DNA of 64,000 nucleotides, taken from assembly GCA_023213395.1 (NCBI GenBank), contig CM041465.1, positions 161,703,741 to 161,767,740 on the forward strand, given 5' to 3'. Below, in pieces: positions 41,200 to 56,639 of the stretch (its first letter is position 1; each line of letters begins with the position of its first letter). Both the position numbers and the translations under genes were made by a program. Below the pieces are notes generated by a model, which saw only the letters and a program-made list of their open reading frames with translations, did no database searches and was not told where the DNA came from. The DNA comes from Cycas panzhihuaensis. Its lineage: Eukaryota; Plantae; Cycadophyta.

Positions 41200-44100
41200 T
41201 ATTAAAAATATTTCCAAGGTTAATAACATAAGAGCATCCAATTACATAGAGAAGGTTAACGCTAAAATCACTGCCACATGATTAAGGAAGAGAAGGTTAA
41301 GGGTATTTATTAATTCATGTGTATAAATCTCATATCTCCACTAATGGGATTAGAGGGTCCATGGTCTACCAATGGAATGCTAGTGTTAGCAGCCATTTTA
41401 GCTTATATAAGGCTAAACAATTGTAGAAAGGAACTCTTATGCTATCTTATTATCTTTTGAGATTGTATGAGAGTACATCTTACCTTTTGGTGATTATTAA
41501 TCTTTTTGTACTCCTTTGATGTAATTATGCTATTATATCCTTAATAAAGATCTTTAAACTCTTAGCTTTCTTTAAAATGTATTCTTTATGTATAATTCGT
41601 AGATTGAATCATTGCAAATAGTATCAAAGTGAGGCTTGACAACCTTGAAAATCATTTAAAACCTGGAAAATAAATATATATATATTTTTTCTCTTTAGTA
41701 ACTCTTATAACTTCTCTCTTTTAGTTTATGTTTATATCATTTTAAGTTTGTGTTAAAGGGTAAACAACACTACTTGGAAACTACCCTTTCCATTCCTTCC
41801 CATCCCTCTTAGCTCCTAGGTAGATAACTCTGCATGGTAGCTACTTGCTATAAGTAGAGACCCTATCCTAGGGGTCTTTAAATATTATGAAGGATATGTC
41901 ATTCTAGACTAAGCGCATTGTGGCTTTTCTACCCTTACATTAAGGGATTCAATTAACTCTATTGAATTAAGCCTTAGATATAACTCGTATATAGAATTGA
42001 GTCTCTATATACCTTCAGGTATATCAGAGGATCCCCTTCTAGGATTCCCCTACTTCACCTAGATTAGAAAACCTATCAACGATTGAAATCTTGTAGTATA
42101 GTGGTTAGGAATTAACACTACAAAACTACTTATCATGAATTTAAGTAAAGGGATTTATTAATAATCCTATTAGATCAAACACTCTCATTATTAGAATTAG
42201 TAGATTTTCCTATTCAATACTTATTTATCTCTAAAAAGGACCTAGACTACTGAATAATCTATCATTGGAGAGAAAATACAAATTCTTGAAATTAATAATT
42301 AGATAATTAGGAATTTTGTTGTTAAAATTACCTAAGGAGCTCATTAATCATATTGAAACAAATCTTGAGATTCTCATCTTCAAGAATGTATCTAAGATCA
42401 GTCATCCCAAATAACTAACATACTCTAAATATTATCAAAGTTAAAGTTTATACAAGCTCATTCAAGAAAAAGTAGTCTTTGAGTCTAGTGTCTTGTCCAA
42501 ACCTTCAACATTCTTAAAGTGTATTTTTACTTTGAAGTCTATATCTTACTCAATTCAAGTTTAACCTATCAGCACTTAAGTCTCATAACTAGTTTTCCTT
42601 AGTCCATATCTCTCTCCCTCATAAGGAAAAAAAAAAGGAAGAAAAGGTCATATCTTTCTACATACTTTCTAGAATTAGAAAAAGCCTTGAATAGTATTAG
42701 TCATTATAAAAAAAAATAAAAAAATAAACAACCTTAAAAGTGACATTAAATTTCAGCTATCTCATTTTAATTAGCACTTCATGCTGATAAAGATTTACTA
42801 GGTTATTTTTAACTGTTAATTTTTGGAAAAAATGACATACAAGCACCCTGTGGACCCCACCAGCCTATATTTTTGCTCATAACTCATTTATCTCATCTTG
42901 ATAAGTTTTTCATGCTCATCCTAGTACACTAGGTGATTCTATTACTTAAAATTTTAGGTCAATAATCTATCAACATCCCAATTCCCTATTTCCTCCCTCT
43001 CTTATCCCTTTTGTCATACATCCCTACTTTTTTAAAACTTCTATCCAACTAAAGCGAACATATTTCTTCTTTGGAATCTAATATAACACGTATCAAAGTG
43101 TATATGAGCACAAACTTCATAGATGTAAAAGTGTAAATCATTAATATGGTACAATAATTTTAAGCACTTAGTATATAAATTCTTAATTGCTTACTAACAT
43201 TTACCTCCAACACCTCCCAAGGCAGAACTCCTTAGGGTGGGACCCCACCTCCTAGTCTCCTCATTAATAAAATTTCAATCATAAAATAAGCATACCAGTA
43301 TTTAATCTAGATCTCAACAAAGATGTAGTTCATACCTAGATCAGTAGATTAGATTCATACTTCGTACTTGACCAAATATCCCCTTAGTAGATTAGTTGAT
43401 ATTTTCTTCCATTCACCTGGAAGGTAAATCACACTATTGGTATAAATGGTAGACCAAGAAATATCACATAAATCAAACATAGGATATTTTTTATAAATGT
43501 TTCTTTAAATAGTGTGAGGAAACTTGGAACCAATTATTTTTAGTAAGCTGACCTGGTTAAGATAACCTACCTCTATCGAAGTATACATTGGTGAATTTCA
43601 ATCCATTCATAATCGATTCATCCAATATCTTGATAAGAAGACACTTATTGAAATTTATATAGTTGGACTAAAAGATAGGATTCAAATGAGGCTAAAGACC
43701 ATCTATCCTCCTAACCTTAGGGATGTTATCAATATAACTAAGGTAGTAGAAGCAAAATTTATATTAGAAAGAACAACTAATTTTAAAAAAGAATCAACAT
43801 AGTCTAGTCACCCAAGGTAATCAAATCCTTACAAGACCCTAAGGTTCTAAATAGATAGCCATATGAGACAACCGATAGAATGACCAGTAGGATAATCACC
43901 AATAAAATAGTCATCAGTAAGGGTTCCCACATTATAGTCATACAAAAGTAGGGAAGTAGGCCTGGGCATGGTAGAGTTTGCAAAGCTAGAAAAGTAATAT
44001 TTACCATTGACCTTGATTCTAATTTAGAAGATGAAACTAAATAAGAACCTCTAATTGGATTCCCCTTCACTACTAGAAATTGAGCCTACTCTCAAACTTT

Positions 44101-47100
44101 CCCTATTTGTTGTTTCCTCTTCTACCTACCTTGACCCATTATGAGTAACAGGGACCTTAAGGAAGACCCCCATTACAATCTTAATCGAAAATGGTGTATC
44201 ATTGAACTTCATCAATATTATATTTTCCAGGTAACTAAACCTATATATTAAACTAAAAATAGGTTTCAATTGCTCCTTACCTGGTCATTATAACCTTCAC
44301 TATGATGGGGTTATTCAAAATCTTCAAGTTTAAATTGACACTTATCAACTCAGATCTGACTTTTATACCTTATCTATTGGGGGCTCAGATGTGATCCTAG
44401 GAATCCAATTGTTCCAAATCCTAGGAACTTATAGTACCAACAATTCTTTAAATAATCCTTTTATGATATTTAAAGACCAATTCAGACAAACTTACAAATT
44501 ATACGATCTCGAGTTATCACCAAGCAAACTAATCTCTCCTAATTAAATGAGTAATATGGGAGTCTTGGTTATATTATTTAAATCAATAGAATTCAATCAT
44601 AACTAGAGGTTCATATTGATATCTAAACAATCTTAACCAAGTACTAGTCTATTTTTTATCCTCTACTAAGTAGCCTTCCTCCCAATTATGGATTCTACTA
44701 CACTATTGAATTAAAGCACCCACACAATCCCATTAGCGTATGACTATACCAAAACTCATATTTTCAAAAGAACAAGATTGAGTGTATCATAAATAAACTC
44801 TTAAATATGGGCATCATTCAACTTAGTAATAGCCCTTATACTGCACCTATTATGCTTATTCAAAAAAAGATGGTTCTTTTTGGCTTTGCATCGATTATCA
44901 AGAACTTAACAAACTCACTATTAAGAATACATTTCTGACCCCTTGAATAAATGACATGATGGATGAAATCTATGGGGCTATATTCTCCTCAAAATTGGAC
45001 TTTCAATCTATACTAAAGGACAAGCATAAAATAGCTTTTTAGAAGCCACCATATCCATTTTGAATTATAGGTCATGCTCTTTGGGTTATGCAATCCTCCT
45101 ACTACCTTCTAATCTCTAATGAATAAAAGTTTTACACCCTGCCTTCAAAAATTCATCATTATTTTCTTTGATGATATACTCATCTATAATACACATGGCC
45201 CTATATTTCTAACATCTAGAGCCTAGCTTGCAGATTCTATAACAAAACTAACTATATACCAAAATATCAAAATATAAATTTGCTAAAATTAAATTACTGA
45301 ACCTAGGGCATATCTCCATGGAAGGGGTATGAGTAGACCTTGATAAAATGTCAGTCATCATTCAATGGCCCATGTAAAGAAAACTCATATAATTAAGGGT
45401 TCTCCTTAGATTAACTAGATTTTATTATCATTTTGTTAAAAATTATGCTTCCATAGCAACCCTCTTGACAAACTTGCTACTTAAATATTTGTTTCAATGG
45501 TCACCAGGTGTTAAAGATATATTCAACTACCTAAAAATACTTATGTCCTCCACATTAATCTTCACCACTCTTGATTTTTCATAACCTTTTTAATTAGAAT
45601 ATGAGGCCTCTAGAGTTGGACTAAGAGTTATTCTCATACAAACTTTTCATCCCATTGCATTTGAAAGTCATAATCTTAAAGATCATGAGTGTTGCATATC
45701 AACCTATCAAAAATAAATGAGGGCTATTCTTCATGTAGTATATAAGTGGCATTAATATTTGCTTGGATCTAGGTTCACCATTCTAACTAACCACTGTAGC
45801 CTCTCATGTCTATTAGACCAACCAGTTCTATCAAAGGAACATGCCAAGTGGGTCGAAAGACTTCATGTTTTTAACTTTTCTATTTCTTATAAAAAGAGCA
45901 AAGACAATGTCATTGTAGATACTCTTTCTCATCTTCTAACATAACCAATCATTCAAACCATCTCTTTTCCCCAACCCTCTTAGCTAGAAGACCTTATCTA
46001 TGATAACAAAGCCCAAGTTGATTTTGCTATATACCCAATAAAGTCCAAAATCATAAAGATTGGGCTCTACACAACAATCATCTTCTATATTAAAATTGTA
46101 TTTTTGCCCATCCAACATCACCATTCATCTCCCACATCCTAGCAAAATATCATAATAGCCCACTTAGTAGTCACTTAGGATTTGATAAAACATACCATTA
46201 AATTTGATCAAACTTCTACTAGTCCCACATGAAGTCCATCATCCTTATGTATGCCTCAAAATATGAAACATGCCAATGAAATAAGGTAGAGACTAAAGCC
46301 CAACCTAACCTCCTCCAACCCTTGAAAATTCCCCAAGGTAAATGGAAAGAAAATTCCATGGATTTTATTACTGAGCTACCATTATATGCAGGATATGACT
46401 TCATTTGAGTCATCATCAACTACTTTACTAAGTATGCTCACTTTTTATTAGTTCATACAACTTAGAAAGCTCCTCAACTGGTCCATATTTACATCTAGTT
46501 TATCTTTCCCCTTTATGGATTTCCACCTATAATTATCTTTAATAGAGATCCAAAATTCATGAGCATATTTTGGCAAGAGTTTTGAAAGCATCTAGAACCT
46601 CTTTTAACATAAGCTTATCCTGTCATCGATAAATAGATAGATAATCAGAGGTTCTCAATAAAACATTAGAAATATTCCTACACTACTTTATATCATATTA
46701 TCAAAATTGTTAGACTTCTTGATTAGCATTAGTGAAACATTGGTATAATTCTTCCCATCAATCATCCATTGGGATGACTCTATTTATGGATTTTTATAAA
46801 TATCCCTTATAATCACACCTTGCATTAGCTACTAATCTTCAAATTGTGGGAGTACAATAAAAACTTCAAGACATGGATTAAATCTTACATATTCTTAAGA
46901 AAAACTTAGTAGTTACTTAAAATTGAATGAAATAATTGGCTAACTACCATCGGTCTGAGAGAATACTTATTGTAGGTGATTTGATCTTGCTTCGTATTTA
47001 ACCTTACAAATAATAATCCCTCTACCATAATAAATCTCATAAATTAAGCCCTTGATATTATGGTTCCTATAAAGTTCTCCAAAGAATTGGTGAAGTAGCC

Positions 47101-47831
47101 TATGTTCTAGACCTTCCCCTTGACTCCAAAATCCATAATGTCTTCTATGTGTCCTACTTAAAGAAATACCTCAAAAAAATTATTATCCCTCAAATAATCC
47201 TACTTATCCTTTGTGAAGAAGAAGTCCTCATGATTCATCTAGTGGGCATTCTAAATTCTCGCCAATGCCATCTACAGAATAGAACCATTTCTTAATACTT
47301 AGTGTAATGGGTTGGTTGTGACCTTGATGAAGTAACATGGGAGTCAGAGGAATTCATCAAGTAATATCCATATCTTTAGTGCTTTGGGGACTCAACGTCT
47401 TAAGGAGGGGGACCTGTTAAGAAACATTCTAAGGTTAATGGCATAAGAGCATCTAATCACATAGAGAAGGTTAATGCTAAAGTCATAACTACATGATTAA
47501 GGAAGAGAAGGTTAAGGATATTTATTAATTCATGTGTACAAGCCTCATATCTCCACTAATGGGATTGGAGGGCCCATGGTCTACTAATAGGATGCTAGTG
47601 TTAGAAGCCATTTTTACTTAGATAAGGCCAAACAATTATGAAAAAAACTCTTATAATATCTTATTGTCTTTTAAACTTATATGAGAGTACATCTTATCTT
47701 TTAGTGATTATTAATCTTTTTTGTACTCCTTAGATATAATTATGCTATTATATCCTTAATAAAGATCTTTGAACTCTTAGTTTTCTTTGAAAAGTGTTCT
47801 TTGTATGCAACGTGTGGATTGGGTTATTACA
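41200..47831 (+). mobile_element. Full-length but heavily decayed chromovirus-type Ty3/gypsy element
   Basis: 417-bp LTRs at 41200-41616 and 47415-47831; PBS TAGTATCAAAGT; PPT AAGGAGGGGGA; flanks GATTA and AATCA. Gag ~43330-43760; protease ILIENGVSLNFI ~44175; RT LCIDYQELNK and IFFDDILIY (44880-45190); RNase H ~45590-45940; integrase SMDFITELP and [16 protein letters not shown]; chromodomain YLV*W..DEVTWES ~47295-47345. Confidence 0.93.
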
Positions 47832-48059
47832 AATCAGAAGTAAGAAAAGTCCAATATTGAAGAAGAACTAACATAAATAACTAAAAAAGGTAGAAAAAAA
47901 GCCATACCATATGTAATAACATGATAATAGGACGGATGAACACCTAAAAAAACAATCAGGAGAGGAATCAATTAATATACAAGGATTAAGTAATGAATAA
48001 TTAAACATGGAGCATCTTCCAAAAAAAAAAATCTAATAAATCAACACAAATAAGGCACT

Positions 48060-49320
48060 TGTTAAGAATTCAAATCTTATTTTATATTATTTTATTCCTT
48101 GCTATAGTTTTATAGTTCCTTTTAAATTTACATTTCATATAGTTGTAGAAGATCCCACATCCCCTACCTACTAAGAAGTCATAGTTAATCTATATCCTCC
48201 TTGGTAGTAGGATAAGCCCAATCCCTCCACTAAATCCTAATTCCGTTTATCCTCTAAATTAACTAAACCTCATCCTCTTTACTATGTCCCATTTCCTTCT
48301 TTTCCTTTTTCTCCATCCTTTAGATTATCTTGTAGTCTACATAATTAATTCCCTTACCCTTCTATTATGCCTCTATATATATCACCCCTTAGCCTTGCTC
48401 CTAACCCAAACCAACCTTACCCTCCCATACACTATTTTCCCATTAATGTTCCACGTACTTAGTCCTCTAATCTCATTCTAAACATATGCCATCCTTATCA
48501 CTTACTTCTCTTACTTAAATTGTCACTTCCCAAACATCCATCATATAGGCCTCCACTCCCTAATTTATCTCATCATTCTTATACCCTACCATTATTACTT
48601 AACTTTTCATTCTGTTAATTTCTTTTTATCACCATTATCAACTATATCAACCAATTGTCACACCCTCTAATCTCTTAATTTTCTCTTACAAAATCTCCAC
48701 AACATTTGTTGCTCAGTTTCTTATAAAGTTTATCCCACCATACTTACTCTCTATCTCCCTCTTACCTTTTTATGGCACCTCTCAGTACATATCCTTTTAT
48801 TCCTTATTTTTTCCAATTTACTAAAATAAGTTATTTTCCCATATAGAATAACATAACAATATCCAACCCATCAAACATACTTCTCTTCCATTAGTCTTAC
48901 ACATAGGTTACTCCCTAATCTCTTATGGAATCCACACACCCCTTACCTTCAACCCTTATTTCCCAAATCATATTATTTTTCTTCAAAGTTTCTACATTTA
49001 TCACATGCTTATAGAAAAGGCTAAATTCTTAAATTTTATATACCCCTTCTATATGTCCTTATCTCAATTAATTTTTCATTTAAGAATGTGATCCTTTCCC
49101 TTGTTTACTTCTAAACCACTTACATATATGAAATCAACATTTTTACACTTATTCTAACCTTGTTCTAAGGAAGAACTCCCATTACTATAATATAGAAGAA
49201 AGATATAAGATCTTGATGAACCTGAAAACTCAACACATAAGTTTCAAGTACTAATAAAACTCCTTAGTATTCCATGAAAAATTTCTAAGAAGAAAGATGT
49301 TAAATCTTCCATAATCAAAG
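48060..49320 (-). mobile_element. Highly decayed LINE (L1-like) ORF2 remnant
   Basis: Minus-strand SGLEVNKGK (~49095-49122; LINE RT motif SGLxxNxxKS), GGINF (~48725-48742) and purine-rich coding-like composition on the minus strand. Confidence 0.55.
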
Positions 49321-50835
<1,515 letters not shown>

Positions 50836-52092
50836 GGAGATAAGTCTTGTGAGGGACCTATATTTCATTTTATGTTAAAATATCGTAGGCTCACAATCAT
50901 TAAACTAGTGACCATTGTAAGTGAAAAGCCTTAGAATAGCCACTAGATTGAACTTGTTATTAGCCATATCAATGTAAAGATAATTTTTATTTCACACCCA
51001 ACATGTTCGTAGGGGTACTGTGGCAATCCAATCTCTTTACTACGTGATTTGAGGGCCCAAAGTGACTACTAAAGTATACCTTTTTAAATGGTGTTATGTG
51101 TAAAATAGCGCATGCTTCATGAGAATAAAATTAGTAACCATTGTTTGCTAAAAACTACTTGGAGTTATTGGGCCAACCTAGTCACCTTATCTTTTAAGTA
51201 CATTTGGTTGGCTTAGCATTAATGGCATGAAGATGCCATTAGTAGAGTAACTAGATACATAAATAAAAAAATTAAATGTTTGTCCTAAAAATTTATGCTT
51301 CTTATCAATTTATATTATCAGACTTAACCCCTAATATACAACCATATAAATGACTTGACCCATGGTTATATACTAATATCTATATATATTATTTGTTGAC
51401 CAAAATATATTTTACACATCTTTGACATGTGAATACCTTTTGTGCCCCTCTATTACAATTCCCATATGATGGAAAACAAAGTAGTTCCCTCTCATATACT
51501 CATTGTATACACCCATAATAAATGAAAATCACTTGTCAACTACGCCATCATATAGATATTTTTAATATATTAGACACCAGATGTTGGAGAAATAAGTGAA
51601 ATTAGATATGATAGTTTCTATCATCAATCATTGTGAGTTGTTATTATGTAATAGTCTAGTAAAACAAACACTTTTAGATAAATGGTTTGTCTCTCTTTTT
51701 GAGGTAATAGGTTAATCATTATCTATATTTTATATTTAGGAAAAAAAAAACTTGATATTAATAAAAACACCATTCCTTGACATGACATTATATTATCCCA
51801 TAAAATAATTAATAAATCAATAAGAATTTTAACATATACCAATATGATTTAATATTATTTATACGCATAGAGAGAGTTTAGTTCATATAATAATAAACTA
51901 TGTATTATATTATATTAATTAAAATTACATAAATATTTAAACGCTTATTGTATGGTATATGATCTATCTATTTATTTATGAATCTTTATGAATATTAATA
52001 TAACGAAACTATTTGTCATAAGTTTTTGTTGCAGTGGTTTCATAAAGAAGGGCTTTTAGATTCGATTCCTCCCAATAATTATTGGTGAGATT

Positions 52093-55000
52093 TGTTTCCC
52101 GACTACCAGGAACGAGCTTTGGCAAGTCAACTCAGGTAAGTGCAGGTATGCTTCTATCCTTTGCCTTTGTCACTTCTCAAGAAAGGTAAATCGAAGCATC
52201 TATTTTTCACTGCATGCCTGATTGATACATTTGAGTGATCACCTTGCATCCATTGCTTGATCATATCGCTTGACACTATTATAGCCTATGACAATCGTAG
52301 GACATATATTCCAATGGCACTCTACAACCCTCCTACATACCTCCATGTTGTCTCAAGTACCAACTAGCCTGTGTGACCCGTTCATATCCCTATTACCACA
52401 TCACAACCCTTAGCACCTTACTAGGTGTGATTGGTATATTCCTGTCCATTTGCCAGCTTCTTGGGTACCTTATCTCTCTAGTGCCCCATCCAGTCTAGGT
52501 CATCTCCTCCTTATGATTGTCCCCAGCCACCTGGATAGAGGGTCAGACCCTCCTAGGCCTAGGGTACCCTCTTTTAGGGCTCTTTGTTCCATTTTTTCCT
52601 TTTGTTTTGTATTCTGTCACCACACCGTGACAAATGTCGAGTTACTACGGTAAACTTTGTGGTACCGCGAAGTTTACCGCAGGGCGACTGTCACAAAATA
52701 TTTTTTAAAATCTGCTATGGTAATTTTCGCATTTTTTGCAAAATTTCCATGTGGCTAAGTCATACCTCGAGTCTTAGCCTAACCCTAATCATCCAATTAA
52801 GCTAGGGTTAGATATAAAACCAAAAAGAGACCTTATTTCCCTCTCTTCCTCAATCTTTTCTCCTCTCCTCTTTCATTTTCACAGGTGATTTTCTGCAAGA
52901 GCGCCCTGCAACATGTAGCACACTTGTGTCCCTGCTTGAGATTTGCCCTCTGCAGCTTAGATCTACAGCAGCAGGCCTGAGACAAAGCTTCTCCAAGCAA
53001 GGACGTGCTCCGAGACTCACTTCCATGCACAAGCATCGGGTTTCACCAAGTTCTCTTTCAGGTTTCATAGCCTACATAGGAATCCACCTGCAAACTCTAC
53101 AAGACCACCTTCCTCTACCATTTTCTCAAGTAAATATGCTACCGATATGCTCATAGTAGGTACTATCCTATTTATATTTCATTTTGTTACTTTTAGCTCC
53201 CCTAAAAGAGATTGGAATACCCTGTATATCTTTCTTATATCAGTTTTTCCATAAAATATAAGAGGCATCCCCTCCATTTTTCCTTGTCTGTCCTCCCTAC
53301 CTTCCTACTCTTTTCCAGTTTCCCCAAGGAGGCTGTGAGTAGAGGTCCCAAAAAGGTGAGAGAAAGGAGCTAAGGTAAGTTTCGCACCCAACAAGGCCTG
53401 CTCCTTAAGGGCAACACCCCTCTCCCCTTTTCCTCCTCCTCTTTTGTGCCTCCCTTGGTCTACTAGAGAGCTCTTGGAAGAGAGGCCATCGCTGGTATCA
53501 ACATACGCAGCCCATTGATGCCCTGGTTCCAGGCCTGAGCGCCTTACATAGGTAGAGTTTGACCCATTAGTTATACCATATGTCACTTTTGGGCATTGGC
53601 TTAGTCAAAAGTTGCAAACGTTGCACATCATAACCTTTGCAACATCGATAACATTTACAACATTTGTGCAACCTATCTCCTTGACCTTTTGCTGCTATTA
53701 GACTGTCCAAATCTATTGTTTATATGCTTAGGTAGCATGGAGGTGTGTGCATTGGAGGGTTAGCCATTATGAGGCTAACCACCCCCGTCCTTTTATCTTA
53801 TCTTGCTTACATTGAGAAGGTTGGAGATTGTTTCTTGGATAAAAGTTTACTTTGATTAAAATACTTCACTTGGACTATTTTGTGTACTTTGCATACACAT
53901 ATACTTTGATTACAGGTTTTGCTACGTTGTTCACGAATAAGAAAGAAATGTATCAATTCGGGTACGTCTCCTTCACTCTTTTCCTTGGTCATTTCCATAT
54001 TTAGCATAGCCTTTTCCTTTGTTTTTTTTGCCTTTTCCTTTTAGTTCGGGGAAGGTAAGGAAGCCCCCAACACCATTGCTCTACGTTGCTCGCCTGTTGG
54101 GAAAGGAAAAGAGAAGTAAGTGTGGCATAAGAGAACGTCCTTATTTCAATCATACAACCCTCCAGGTACATCATTCTCTCATTTTCATAGCTCTTTTCCC
54201 TTTTTGTTTTAATCTTATTTGCTTGCATAGTTCAAACGTAAAAGGAAAAAAGAGAAAAGAAACAAGTTTTCATCTACTATTCGCATATGCATGCTACACC
54301 CACAGTTCTAGGAAAGAGCATGAGATAGAAACCATATCCTTTTTCTTTCTTGCTTGATTGCATACATTTCCTTCTAGCCTTACATCTCTTGCATGCATGC
54401 TTGCACTTGATTGACTTGCCTCTTTTACTCTCTTTTCTCCCATTATAAACGAAAAGAGAGTGAGGTTTTGCATTTGAGAGTAAACGAGAGTGTGTTTACT
54501 ATTTTTATAGTTCTTGCCTCTTATTTGCAATAAATACAACTACTTACACATCACTTCACCATCACACATAGAAGGTCAAACCCTTCACCCCAAGGATGGT
54601 GGAAGCTTCTTTCGCCGTCATTCCTTATTCCCCAAACTCACTTTGGGTGGGTTAGCCTAAGGAGGATTTTTCCTCTAGGACATCCTCTTCTAACCCCATC
54701 ACACCTACACTAGTTAGGTAACCTTGACATCCTCTCATTTGGGTCGGTCTCACGCGTGAGGTGGTTGTCCAACACCATTCTTATAAGTGTGTACCTTCCA
54801 TATCTCTTATTCGAATATATCTCATTCATATCCCTTCTGTTTTCTTCGAGGATTCATTCCCTCGTTTGGTCCTGCCCATCCATTCCAGCCATCCAATGGC
54901 AAGAGGACTTATTCTTGATGTTACTCGAGAAACTAAAGATATCCCTCACTCTTGCTACCATCAAAACCAAAACCGAGTTATCCAAAAGGGAGTTGTACGC

Positions 55001-55151
55001 CATTCGTGGGTCTCGAACCTACGTTCCGATGCACGAACGCCCTGTGCAGGTGATTTCTCTCACTTGCCGGATTGACTCTATATTCCGGAGCTCTCTGTTG
55101 ACTAACCTAATCCTAACCAAGTGTGGTTACCATCCCATAGACACGATTCTA
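52093..55151. mobile_element. Giant solo LTR (3059 bp), family X copy 2
   Basis: TGTTTCCCGAC...GATTCTA(<CA) with perfect TSD AGATT (52088-52092 and 55152-55156). Shares blocks with 16586-19859, e.g. CTCAGGTAAG..GGTATGCTTCTATC, GCAAAATTTCCATGTGGC and GGGGAAGGTAAGGAAGCCCCC. Confidence 0.85.
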
Positions 55152-56639
55152 AGATTTTTTTTAAACTATTAGGTTATTATGGGTGATGCAATCTTATAGA
55201 AATCTTAATTTCTCCTGGCAAACATCCCTGTAAACTCACATACCTAATAGAGAACACATAAGATTATCTCTAAATTAAAATTAGTAGGAAATATTTTTTT
55301 TTAGTTTTGATCGTATATTACCATCTTACATTCTCATCACCTCTCCTTAATTATTGAAAATTATCTTGATATATAAGGGTCACTTGTTTTCTTTTTAAAG
55401 AAAATATATGTTTTTGTTCTTACCAATAGCCTCCTTTTCTCCCATAAAACCTGATTTCCCTAAAAATTAGAAACTTAGCCCCCTCCATAAGCATGCCTAT
55501 GATATACAAATCTTATAATAATATAACCCTAATAATAAGAAAACTCCATGTGCATTTTTATGCCAATAGGCACTTCTAATGCACCTTCTCTATGACTATT
55601 TACTCCACTTCATTGATGAGAGTAAATAGTCTGAAAAACAAAAAAAGAAAAAATAAAGAAATGCCCCATAACTCTATATTTATTGATCTCGTTTTCCTTC
55701 AATACCATGCAAACCATGCTTATCCAATTGATGCCATTGATCTATACTTTTTACATTTGACACTTTTCACTTCAAACCTACAACAATTATAGTTTTAACT
55801 ACTATAAAACTTGAAAAAATAATTAAAATCAAAAGCATCATAATATGTTTGTACAAACCTTTCATACCTCATAAAGCCCTTGCAGATGTGTCTATAGACA
55901 TTTCTAAACTTCTTAAATCTACACTAGTAAGAAATAATAGAACATTAAAATGCAAAGGAAAGTTAAGAATACAAATTGCATTTGCACAAAAGAATAAGAA
56001 AACAAGTATACAAATTTTGATAATGTCCATATGCATCAACAACCTAAAGTGTCCACCATTGGCCAAGTAAGTTTTGACTTGAAAAACTCAATTGTTAGTT
56101 TTCTAAGTTAGTCCCTTTAGAGTAATAACTTAAGGGTTTCATAGAGGAGCACTTCTTGAGAATTCTTAGCAATAGTTGTTGAGACTTTTCACAAGCTACT
56201 AGAAGAAGTGCAATTCCATGGATTATCACATTTCCCTTAATAAATGCTCCAAAATAGAAGTAAAAATTGATTTGCATAAAGTTAATTTTATCATGAGTAT
56301 AACATTACAAAAACCAAAGCATATTAAGAATAGGATGGTCTCTACATGTCTTAAGCACAACTTAAGCCAACCCCTCTCTTTTGTTAATCATTAGAAAAGA
56401 AAAAAAATAAATAATTCTGCTCAAATAAATCTCTTTTCTTATCTTGTTAGCAATCTCTTTCCCTCACCATGTGACCACATTTTGCAAGAAAATAGTAGTC
56501 TCGTTCCTTCTACATATGACGACATTTCTTAAGAAAACAGAAATGCAACATCCTAATGGTGGGTTATCCAATGCTTATTTTAAGGGTTTAAAGTTCTATT
56601 TTCGCTTGACTCGACTAATTAAAACGCTCCTTTTTCAGG

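Noticed and set aside
42694-43212. Possible solo LTR nested in the gypsy leader
   Set aside because: It ends in CCAACA, but no matching TSD or second copy could be found.
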